Below, in pieces: positions 52,728-64,000 of a stretch of 64,000 nt of DNA. A model generated the notes under the pieces. That model was not told the origin of the DNA and searched no databases. It saw nothing but the letters and a program-made list of their open reading frames with translations. The DNA lies in the NCBI RefSeq assembly GCF_001194135.2, contig NC_068982.1:161756109-161820108 (forward strand). The letters run 5' to 3'. This DNA is from Octopus bimaculoides. Lineage: Eukaryota. A program made the position numbers and the translations under genes. Every line of letters begins with the position of its first letter. Positions within the stretch are counted from its first letter, which is position 1.

Positions 52728-55700
52728 ATTCTCAAACTATGTTTATCGCTCCCCTGTCACCCTCTTTCATCAATAAACATGTGTTACTTCAATAAGACCT
52801 GTCATTGTAAACCATCTAGCCTAAGCTGGTACAGCAGACAGACTGATCCATTCCATCACTAGATTCATCTATTTAACCCACCTTCAACATTATCACCCCC
52901 CCCCCATCTCCACATTAATCACTAGCATTATTCTCTCCCAGTCTTCATTATTCACACCTGAATACTGTTCATTCTCTCTATTACTGTCCTTTTACAACAA
53001 CAAATCTGTTCCATTCATCTTTCATTTTGTAAGCTGCAAGGCAACCCCTGGTACCATAAAAAAGCTTTCATTACCTTCTGTAAGTGATTGATAATTAATT
53101 CAAGCAGTGACAATTGCAGAGTTTGAGACAGTTTGTGAGTCTTGCTGAATGCAAGGCAACCTCTATAGTACTGATGCCATGAAAAAATGCATACACTTCA
53201 CCCTGTAAAGTGGTTGGTGTTAGGAAGAGTATCCAACAGTAGAAAACATACTTGAGAAGAGATATGATACAAGATGTAATTCTCTGTTGAACTGTCTACC
53301 TATGCTATCATGGAAAACAGATATAAAATGATGATGATGTTGAGATGCAATCAGTAGAAATAGTGTTGTGACAGGGTTTTGTTGATTTGACCTTGTCATA
53401 TTGCTCTCCTTATTATTCTTCCACCCAAATTAGACTGGTAGTTGTTCGTACACCATGATGAATTTACCTGGGATACTTTATTTGTAGTTGGTCCACAGCA
53501 TTTGTACTTGGGCTACACCTTGGTTACAGAAGTTATATCTGGGTTGCAGAAGTTCTGTCTAGTTCGCATTTGGTGTATATGAGTCACTGCAGTTGTACAT
53601 GAACCATTACAGTTGTACATGGCCAACTGCAGTTGAATGACTGGTATAAATTGCACCACCTTATCAACCACAGTTGTAAACAATTACTGCAGATATTAAG
53701 TCAAGACTAGTAATAAAGAGAATACTTTAAATAAAGCTTTGTTTTTATAAAATGAAGGTTGTGATATTTATACATATATATATATATATATATATATANN
53801 NNNNNNNNCAATAATAAATCTCTGAGCTTACTTTTCTTGAAATAGGTACTTATGTCTTGATATCATTAACAGATTATCAGATTCTCTCAGAAGAATATAA
53901 TGAATAACATTGATGATGTGACTGCCTGACAGACGTTATTGCTATTATTTAACTTGTCTACGGCTTGTGTGTGACTTCAGTTGAACCTCAGTCAGCAAGT
54001 TGCTATATTTGATTTACTGTCATAAAAAATATTCTATTTTTCACAAATTGGCCAATATAAAGAAAGGTTTCATTTTCTATCTTAAAATGTCATGTTTTAT
54101 TGTAACTTTGTGTTACTGAGGAGGCCTAACTAGTAGACTGCACAGAACTGAGTTAACAGTTGACAGGAAGTTAAATTTAAATGTTATGAATGAGACATGT
54201 TTCATATGGTATACTTGACAGTGTATAAAGTTAGTGATAGCTGATAGGTTATTGAGGAAGAGATAATGAATTCTATAGAATTTATCCATTTGTGCAAAGA
54301 TGGGCAATCTATGTCACATATACTAAAGAAGCAGGTTATTTAGTTGAATACATTTTTAAGTAATCGTTCAAAATTATTTCAGTTTCTCACTGTGATATTT
54401 TTGTAATGGTAGAACAATAAGTGCACTTGGGTGGTGGTAGAACTAGTTTGTCAACCCTCTTGTAAAACCACCACCTGACCTTTGGTGTCTTTAGCAGAGT
54501 TCATTCTGTGGCAAGCATTCAGCCCAAGTCTCCAACCTGGAGAAAAACATGTCTTGATGTGCTGCTTCCTACTCCAGCAGCTGATAAGATGTGCTCCCCC
54601 CTCCACCTACTTGTCTTGGAGGCTCTCCAGTGTTCATGAGATCTGTCCTTCCTTCTCTGACTAAACCATAAAAAATCCAGACCTTCACTCACCTGGTATA
54701 AGAATCGTTGTTATTATTTTACTTTTACCTGTTAATTATTTCTTGTTGTAGTTATAACCTTGCTAATACTATTCTAATTTTATTAGTTGGATTGATAGAT
54801 TTCTTATAAATATTAATAAGAATATAGCACTAATTTTTATATCCACCTGCTATAAATGTTGAAAATACTCTGGAATACAGGAGCTTTTCTTTTTTTTAGA
54901 GGATATGATTTCAAAGATGTCACCTCAACAAGAGAAGATTGAGAGTACAAAGACAAGCAGATTGTGTATGACTATTGGCATGACACACACTGTTAATGAT
55001 ATGTGTATACCAGTTAAGTGAATGCTCTTGGGAGCTTCTATATGCTGATGATGTGATTTGCATTTTTATGAAATGAGAATCTGATAGGAATCAAGAAAAT
55101 GTGAAAGTCATATAGTAAATAAGTGAATATGACTATGACATTAGTTTTATTTGCCACTACATGATGTTGTTTAGAGGAATAATGTTAATAGTGTCAGTAG
55201 TACAGTGACATAAGCTGTAGTTACACTGGCTGGAAAACCTGGAAGAAAATCAATTCAGCAACAATGGCCTGTAGCAACAGTTTATTACATGTAATTGTAA
55301 GTTAATTCTGTTGATCCAGCTACTAACATCATCAGGAATAGTTGTTACTGTTTAGCTCCAGATCAGCCCTGGTTGAGTAGTACTACGATCAAAGATGTTG
55401 CAGCTGTGACCATTCCATCTTTTTCTCCAGATAATGTATTTGGGATTATATTATCCGATATGTTCCTCCTGTTATCATGGTAGGTGTGGTTTTAGGGAGA
55501 TTTGGCTGCTTTATCTTGTAGCCATGTGAACAGAGTTTGTAGGTAGTGAAAAAGTCAAAAGTATTGGCAAAACATCTGAACATTTGGGTGAATTGTAATA
55601 TTGTATAACTACTATGTAACAGATATTGAATGTGTGGAGCATACACAGGGTGTATAAAAGGATGCAGTTGGTAAGGTTTATTGAATGGACACACATACAC

Positions 55701-58192
55701 ACTCTGAGCAGGCACTGATTTCCTAAATTTGGTAGAAAATAAGGAATCACTTGAAAAATGATTATATAAGAATGATTTATGAAGAAGTGAAATGTCAATG
55801 GATTGTCAACAAGTAAAAGGTTGAAAATATATCATGTTATAGAATTTAAGAGAGTGAATGTATGTGTGAGCATGAAGGGTGAATGGCGCTATTTTCAAAA
55901 GTAAGCCATTTTATGTGTAAGCTTGGAAAACAAGTTTGTAAATGTGTGTTGATAATAGAATAAAGAATTCTGAAATCAAATGCTGAATATAACCACTCAG
56001 ATTACCTATAGGTTATCTTATTAACTGATTATTTTATTGATTCTGTTATTAACAAAATAGCTCCTCAGGAAAGACATTTTGTAATTTCAAAATTTTAAAG
56101 CTGGCATATACTGCATTTTCAAAGTTTGTCGTCATACCTTTTATTGAACATCTTCACATTTCAGTTATTTGAATGTATCTAAACTTCCACATGTTACCAC
56201 TACATTTTAGGCTATTTATTTTATCAGTTACACCATTGAAACACACATAGAGGAAAAAAGAAATTATGTTACAAGTGTTGTAGCAGTAATAAAATAGAAT
56301 ACTTAAGTAAACCAGAGGATTGATGTATAACACAAATGTAAAGTTAGGTTGACCTAAGAAAGTGGCACCAACTCAAGTGCTAATTCACATGGGGCTGGCA
56401 CAAGTGCTTTTCACGTAGTGTTGGCATGAGTACTTTTTACATGGCACCGGCATAATAATAAGAAATCTATAAACTAAATTCATATTCTTGAAAATCACAA
56501 AAACTGATTAGAATTGTTTCATTGTATGGTAAGTTCATTTCTAGACCATCTTAACAATACTTAGGAAGATCATTTACTTATGTTATTATTTTGCCAAGAC
56601 GTTTAAATACCTTTCCCCAGTTGACAGATGCTAATTACATTATTATTATGATTATTATTATTGTTATGCTTTTTTTGTAATGATTTCTTAATTGTCTCAG
56701 GAATAAATCAGACTAAATTCAAAGATATCGTTTTCATAATTTTATTTTGAAATTTATAACTTCTCTAAATCCTATTTTGAATTGGTCTTTAAGCTTTGAA
56801 AGTGTACAGTTTCAAAAATCAATAATCTTGTTTGGAATATCATTGACAGTTGAAATGTGATTTGTTAAAATTGTTATGAACTTGTGTTAACAACCAGAAT
56901 GTTTTCTATTTTAGTGGTTTTAATATATTTTATTACTTCAATCTAATAATTTTTTCTTATACCTAAATGTTTGCCTGCTTATTACTTATTATTACTCATT
57001 ATTATTATTACTCATTATTATTATTATTATTATAAATTTGAACTCAATGTTTTTGTGTATTTAATTTTTGAACTATTTTTTGTATTTCATAAAGTATCTT
57101 GAATATTTTTTACTACTTTAGAGATTGTTGTTTGTCATCAGCATACAAATAAAGTAATCTCTCACATCCATTTTCTAAATTATTTAGTATTCTTTTTTGA
57201 TAACATTGGATTTTATCCATTAGAAGTTGTGAATTTTTATTTGTACCCACTTTACTAATTTTGCCTCAGATATGAAACTTGAAGCTTATTTCTTTGTTTA
57301 ACACCATCTCCTTGTCTTTCGGTAAATTTAAGTGGGTCTATTGAAGGTGCTCAGATTGTAAGCCACTTTTTTTCTGTTTCCAGTATTCCTGCAAAAATTA
57401 ACCTGTGGAAGTTCAGGCTGGGCACCAACCACATCTGTCTTCCCAGTTAGGAGAGGGCATCATGCACAGATCATAGAACCCTTGACTAACTTATAATTTT
57501 CTATCTCATTAGTCAGTATCTTATCAAATAATAACAATAATCTATATTATTATATATATTTTACTTACATATTATTTATATGCTTTCTGTTGCCAACAAT
57601 GCCAGTTGTATAGGCAGAGCAAAATCTTTGGATCTTTGTAAATTCATGTTTCTTGTTGTTTATGTAGTAATTAATTTATGGTCTAATTCTTTGATGTAAT
57701 TCCATATAAATCATTATTAAATCTACACAGATAACTCCTGCCATACAAGTGATATTTGATTCTTTATTTGATTCTTCTTGAACAACACCAGTTATTGTAA
57801 TGCTTGTTCACCTTTCTGACGACTTAACTTTCAAACAATACATTGTATCTGTGTATGAGTGTGTATGTGCACGTGTTAAACATAACGTTTGTTATCAATA
57901 TATTTCTCTTTGTTATTCCCCATTATCATTGGATTTTTTTTAGTAATTTCTGAATAAAATTTTTTTACATATACCATTTTAATGACATGGTGGAATAAAG
58001 CAATATGTATGTGTGCATATGTATATTTATATTACATACACTCATACATATATATTGATGCAAATATATATTTCAGAAATGTACTTAATGGCAAGTGATT
58101 TGTTCTGAGACTGTGTTGAAAGTAAAATAGTTACAATAAATACACAGAAGCTTTACACTTATTAATAATTTAGATACAAAATTTTCATCACA

Positions 58193-58356
58193 GGAGTGGC
58201 TGTGTGGTAAGTAGTTTGCTTACCAATCACATGGTTCTGGGTTCAATCCCACTGCGTGGCACCTTGGGCAAGTGTCTTCTACTATAGCCTCAGGCCGACC
58301 AAAGTCTTGTGAGTGGATTTGGTAGACGGAAACTGAAAGAAGCCCGTCATATATAT

Positions 58357-58390
<34 letters not shown>

Positions 58391-58504
58391 NNNNNNNNNN
58401 NNNNNNNNNNNNNNNNNNNNNNNNNNNNNNNNNNNNNNNNNNNNNNNNNNNNNNNNNNNNNNNNNNNNNNNNNNNNNNNNNNNNNNNNNNNNNNNNNNNN
58501 NNNN

Positions 58505-58539
<35 letters not shown>

Positions 58540-58915
58540 GGGAGAATGTACGAAAAAACAACAGACGAGGACAGGTGGTGTAAATAAAAAAAGGATGTAT
58601 TAGTATGACGCTCGGGAATACGGAAAGTCTTTGACGTTTCGAGCTACGCTCTTCAACAGAAAGAATACGGAGACAAGGAGAAAAACACGGAGAAAAAAAA
58701 AAAAATTGTATATGTTTGTGTGTCTGTGTTTGTCCTCCCAACATTGCTTGACAGCTGATGCTGGTGTGCTTCTGTCCCCGTCACCTAGCAGTTTGGCAAG
58801 AGAGACTGATAGAATAAGTACTAGGCTTACAAAGAATATGTCCTGAGGTCAATTTGCTCGACTAAAGGTGTTTCTCCAGCATGGCCGCAGTCAACTGGCT
58901 GAAACAAATAAAAGA
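58193..58915 (+). mobile_element. SINE family A, full length, with an antisense cassette inserted in its central microsatellite
   Basis: ggagtggctgtgtggtaag...tgggttcaatcccactgcgtgg (tRNA-like head) through ...gctgaaacaaataaaaga tail. Confidence 0.9.
58628..58664 (-). ncRNA. Minimal hammerhead ribozyme-like motif in a 165-bp cassette (58540-58705)
   Basis: Minus strand TCTTT-CTGTTGA-A-GAGC-gta-GCTC-GAAA-CG-TC-AAAGA: 5-bp stem I, 4-bp stem II, palindromic ACGT stem III, GUC triplet. The core has U in place of A6. Confidence 0.6.
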
Positions 58916-58966
58916 ACACTAATTGTGACTTGGATACTGACACCATTCCACTGCAAGTCATATATA

Positions 58967-59008
<42 letters not shown>

Positions 59009-59390
59009 ATTAAATACAATATACTAATGTATATGTTTTGTGTATTTTCTGGTGGTTGCCTGTTATGGACAGGCAAGATAACTCACCCTCAATCCCATTT
59101 GAAAGTGATGGACATCAATGTTTCGCCATTTTTGTGCCTTATCAACACCACCTACCTGCCTTGGTTGAAGGCAAGTCAGCTAGCTAGTCTAGTGACTTAT
59201 ATGCTCATGGTTTGTAAAATTGTGAGCTGTTATGCCTGGAGATTGCATACCTAAGAGAAAATTTACATATGAAGTAAAAGTAGCTCTAGTGTGATAAATA
59301 TTATTAAGTACATATACTAATGTATATGCTTTGTGTATTTTCTGGTGGCTGCAATGGTGTAGCGGAGCTTATAACTCTCATGTTGGTGGT

Positions 59391-59441
59391 GTGTGCATTC
59401 ATTCAAGTACCTGAATGAAAACACACTCATATATGTATGTT

Positions 59442-59480
<39 letters not shown>

Positions 59481-59507
59481 CATTCAGGTACTTGAATGAA
59501 TGCACAC
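59391..59507. repeat. Perfect 29-bp inverted repeat around a (TG)n-rich 59-nt spacer
   Basis: GTGTGCATTCATTCAAGTACCTGAATGAA (59391-59419) and its exact reverse complement (59479-59507). Confidence 0.95.
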
Positions 59508-61634
59508 ATGCAAGAATTTCTGTCTTTTGAACAAATGCATACACATATAGTAAGAGTTTATTTATGTATGAAATCCCATATGAAAGACTTTCTAATGTAG
59601 ATATGAAAAGGAAAATTTTTTTTAAAATATTGACATAATCCCACATTCTTGCACATTTCTTGATTTAAAGGCTCCTCCTGTCTACATATGTTAAGATGTA
59701 TTATCTAAAGTGATCACCTGAAATTTCCAAATTCTTAACATTACACTATGTAAGACTTAATAACTTATTGTTATTTATTAGAAGCAAGAAATGATTCTGT
59801 GAGCTCTCTACAACACACAGTTATGGAGTACTGTTCTGCCTTGTGATAACACACTTTTTTTATCAACAATTTCATTATTCTTGTACAAAAACTTCCAGCA
59901 TGAATTCTCTTCATATACTGTATTACTTGAGACTGGGATCCAATAACAGACTCTATGTGATCATCCAACCTGCTAGAAATAGCAGCAGAATCTTTCTCAA
60001 ATCTTAAAGGTACTTTGGAGAATGTAGTTCTGGTCTACAAAAGGATGAGATAGTCATGGCTGGAATATTTTTGGTTATAGATCTGCTTTGTCAGTGCTGA
60101 CCTGATGCCAAACGACAATATGGACACTGTGAACAGTTAGTTATGTAGTACTGCTTCTTGTAGGTGGGGCAATGCACCTCATTATTAATCAAGTTAATGT
60201 CTGTCTCAACCTATAGGCCCACTAGCTGGAGCTTATTTTGGTTTTTGTGGCATTTAAGCAACTGAAAGTACATGACTTCCTGCTGAATGGGATGCCAGTC
60301 TTGTAGAATCAACCCNNNNNNNNNNNNNNNNNNNNNNNNNNNNNNNNNNNNNNNNNNNNNNNNNNNNNNNNNNNNNNNNNNNNNNNNNNNNNNNNNNNNN
60401 NNNNNNNNNNNNNNNNNNNNNNNNNNNNNNNNNNNNNNNNNNNNNNNNNNNNNNNNNNNNNNNNNNNNNNNNNNNNNNNNNNNNNNNNNNNNNNNNNNNN
60501 NNNNNNACAATTTGTCTGAGAATTGAACTAATGATCTAATGATTGAACCACTGTGCCATGTTGCTTAATAAGCCCGCTTTTGCTGAAATGCCAGCTCTAG
60601 TCTTGTTTACCTTCTCTATTTACTGATGCTGGGAAATCTCTTATGATCTAAAGGTGCAAATGATGCCACGTATATATGGTAGGGTATCATGTGTGTATTC
60701 CAGTGAATGGGAAAACTTTGAACAGCTGAGATTATTCAAGCAATTAAAAGACATAAAATCTCTCGGGGGGGGGGGGATTAAAAACATAAACAAAAAGAAA
60801 ACAAACAACAACTAAGGAATTAACTCCAATAAGATCAGTTGATCAAAATTTTGGGACATTACAGGCAATATAGATTGCAGTAAATCTAATCTTTAAAGCA
60901 ACAAACATGTTTTGTCTTATTAGGCCTCTTTAGCATAGCATATTCTTCTCACTTAATAAGACTAAGAGTAGTAGGATGTAGTTAAGCTGATCAGAAAGAA
61001 CATTAACAATCCAAATTTGAAGACATCTGTGACTGACAGTTATATCAGTGAGTTACAACTATTGGATTAATGACTGCTTGGTGTTGTCAGTACTACCACA
61101 ACCATGAACTACTCTGTGAACAGGCTTCTTCCAATTTGCCTTCCTGATAGAAATAATAGCCAAATCTTCTTCAAAACACATTTTAGAGTCTTGTAAAAGG
61201 AGACCACTTTAGCTAATATAGTTTTAGATACATTATCTCTAAATATAAGATAGGATGATCATGGCAGGAATGTCTTTGATCATAGGTCTTCTGGAATGAG
61301 GTTGATGCAAAGCTAAACCAGAGCCTCGTAGCTTACCCAAACTTAATATGTACAAAGATACTTATAAGTTATCAAAGGAATCTCTTTGAGGCCATTCTTT
61401 ATAATTTACTCTTTGATGTACCATATCTGGAAAAAAAAAATGGTATTGCTGAGACTAGAAACTTTTAATCAAGGTTCATCTGGATCAGGATTGACCTGAG
61501 ACCAAACAACAAGTGCACTCTTCCAAACTTCATAGAACTTGATACAGAAATTGTCCAGTTTATTTTGTGTGACACTTGTATTCGTTTCAACGTGTATATG
61601 AAATACTCCCCCTCCCCCTCTCTATATACTCTTT

Positions 61635-62002
61635 ACTCTTTTACTTGTTTCAGTCTTTTGACTGTGGCCATGCTGGAGCACCGCCTTTAGTCGAGCAAAT
61701 CGACCCCAGGACTTATTCTTTAGAAGCCTAGTACTTATTCTATCGGACTCTTTTGCCAAACCGCTAAGTTACGGGGACTTAAACACACCAGCATCGGTTG
61801 TCAAGCGATGTTGGCGGGGACAAACACACACACAAACACATACACACACATATATATATATACATATATACGACGAGCTTCTTTCAGCTTTGGTCGGCCC
61901 GAGGCTATAGTAGAAGACACTTGCCCAAGATGCCACGCAGTGGGACTGAACCCAGGACCATGTGGTTGGTAAGCAAGCTACTTACCACACAGCCACTCCT
62001 GC
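61635..62002 (-). mobile_element. SINE family A, young copy (CpGs retained)
   Basis: cttttacttgtttcagtc...gcaagctacttaccacacagccactcc. Confidence 0.9.
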
Positions 62003-63439
62003 GTCTATATATATATATATAACACATATATATATAACACACATACATGCACTGTACTGAAGAAGGGAAATAACCCAGAAACCATTAATCTACAGGTATC
62101 GTTAAGGCTAGAAAGGGAGCAATAAACTCCTTTGCTCACAGTATATAGACACAGACCATGTGTTGGTATCCAGTTGGAAAAGTTGTTTTCCTGGGGCTAA
62201 AAAGTAGTAACATCATCCTATGTAGGACTGTCACATTGTGTTGGCAAATAGACTTTACTATATATATATGTATGTATGTTTATATAAGCAAAATAAAATT
62301 ATAAGATACTCTATAAAATCTATAAAATATGACAAGTGATAAAGTTTGACTTATCTGTTGTTATTTAAAAATCAACAAAAAAAACATTTCTTCTTCCTCT
62401 CTCTATTTTTCCTTACTACCTTTTCTCTTTGTCTTTCTCTGTCCCTAGTAGCTTCTCTTGCTCCCCCCTTACTTTCTCTATTTCATTATCTGTCTATCTT
62501 ACTATCTGAATCTCTTCATTTTAAAAGGTTAGCTGCTCTAAGCTGTTGTTTGTAGTGGATATGCAGATACACACATGCACATACGTAAATGCATAGACAG
62601 AAAATGCCATGCATGACTGATCTTATACTATATGATGCTCTTTTATGTAAAGGCCATTATTTGACTGGCAGTGTTGTGTGAACTGATTTAAAAATAAGTT
62701 AAAATTTCTATAAAATGCTATCCAACTGCTGATGAAGAATACCATTTTGTCTTTTTAATACACAGCTAGCTTTTCAGCATTATAATGCATCTTTATAAAC
62801 AATAAGCTATTTTTATTAACTGAGTACACTTTTAAAGTAATTTTAGATCTTTGAAAATTTCTATTTTCTATATTTTTTGTTTATACTGTTTCATAGTGAT
62901 AGCTTTTCTGTAGAACACTTGTTTTAACTACTGCATGTTCTTCCTATTGTGAAGTCAGGTTGGAACTTGTGTTATGATGTGAGTCAAAATTGAACAGAGC
63001 AAGTAGAGTGCCTTGCATGGGTACAATACACTGGTTATCATTCAATTTGTTTACCTCCTATAGAAAGAGGATAATGGAATCAACTGTTTTAAGGACAAGC
63101 AGTTTAACAATCCTTAGAGTCTTTACGTCATATTCAGTTGTTGGCTTATTGAGTCCACATCAAGTCTTGTACACTTAACTGTAAATAAGCACCATGGGAC
63201 CAGTATAGATAACTTAATGTTATATGCAGTGATAATCTATCTGTGCAATTGATACATCACTTGTCAGCTTGCCAGAAAGAGTTTAAATCCTTTGTTGTAT
63301 TAAGCTTAGAAGTGTTCTCAACCAGGTTGACTTAAACACAACATATCCATAAAAAGTACTGCTCACGAATATCTCCTATTGACAAATAGCTTCCTTTTGC
63401 ACACTTTTTCATTTTACATTTTTGGAGGGAAAGACACAT

Positions 63440-63790
63440 TGCTTGTGACCTTTGCAGGCCTTCCTTGAGTGGGGTCATTATGGTTGATATTTAATTTGAT
63501 GCTTGAAGAGGAAACATGAACAGGGAGTGAGTTCCAGAGAGCTGAAGATCTAGAAGAAAGGGTTAAATAAAATGTTTATGGATAATAAAGGGTAGAGGCG
63601 ATGTGAATATTTCAATGAGTTTAGGTGGAAGTTGTCAGCATTTATTAGTTTAGAAGAGCAGAAGCTATTATAGCAGAAGACAGAGTGATAATCCAATGGG
63701 TCACTGAACCAGTGTGATCAGAAATCGAGATGGTCCTTTTTTTTTGATAAGGTCTGGAATGTTTGTGTGTGCAATAGGTGTGCTATCTTA
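63440..63790 (-). mobile_element. CR1/L2-like LINE 3' relic
   Basis: Minus translation contains LSVFCYNSFCSSKL and RSSALWNSLPVHV. Confidence 0.6.
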
Positions 63791-63876
63791 AATATGTGAA
63801 CAATACTCTGTAACTAGAGCCTTAAAGATGTTCAGTAACTGTTCTTCACTGAAATAGTTTTGGGCCACTAAAGATA

Positions 63877-64000
63877 TCATCATCATCATCATCATCATCA
63901 TCGTTTAACGTCCGCTTTCCATGCTAGCATGGGTTGGACGATTTGACTGAGGACTGGTGCATCCGGATGGCTACACCAGGCTCCAATCTAATTTGGCAGA
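63877..64000 (-). mobile_element. RTE-derived 3' end with (GAT)n tail; further copies at ~2690-2835, 20285-20480, 23341-23490, 30955-31055, 32565-32680, 53210-53345
   Basis: catcatcatcgtttaacgtccgctttccatgctagcatgggttggacg, the reverse complement of the 27283-27564 copy end. Confidence 0.9.

Noticed and set aside
54495-54690. GC-richer block with an acceptor; FCGKHSAQVSN resembles FCKSHSAQVIN of exon 50575
   Set aside because: Stops in all frames on both strands; the resemblance is short and probably chance or TE-derived.

Overview
AT-rich, microsatellite-laden animal genomic DNA from a gapped draft assembly. The repeat families look like those of coleoid cephalopods (probably Octopus); this is inferred from the repeats and not shown directly. 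No rRNA, tRNA or CRISPR array was found, and no host gene could be named. Most of the window reads as intronic DNA of an unidentified plus-strand gene with small, widely spaced candidate exons, starting near a CpG-retaining zone at about 4.9-8.2 kb. The recognisable content is mostly transposons: a young mariner (D34D, matching TIRs, ORF open on both sides of a gap), a maT (D37D) fragment, pogo/Tigger relics, hAT- and piggyBac-type MITEs, a probable non-autonomous Helitron, RTE and CR1-like LINE fragments, several SINE families, and Penelope-like elements (PLEs). The most interesting signals are: (i) three hammerhead-ribozyme-like motifs, one downstream of a PLE GIY-YIG C-terminus and two in a short non-coding cassette that sits in microsatellites; (ii) an RTE LINE with the geometry of a twin-priming 5' inversion; (iii) several intronic fold-back structures that could form dsRNA; (iv) a phase-compatible but unrecognised exon chain. 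Most ORFs in the supplied track are microsatellite or N-gap artefacts.
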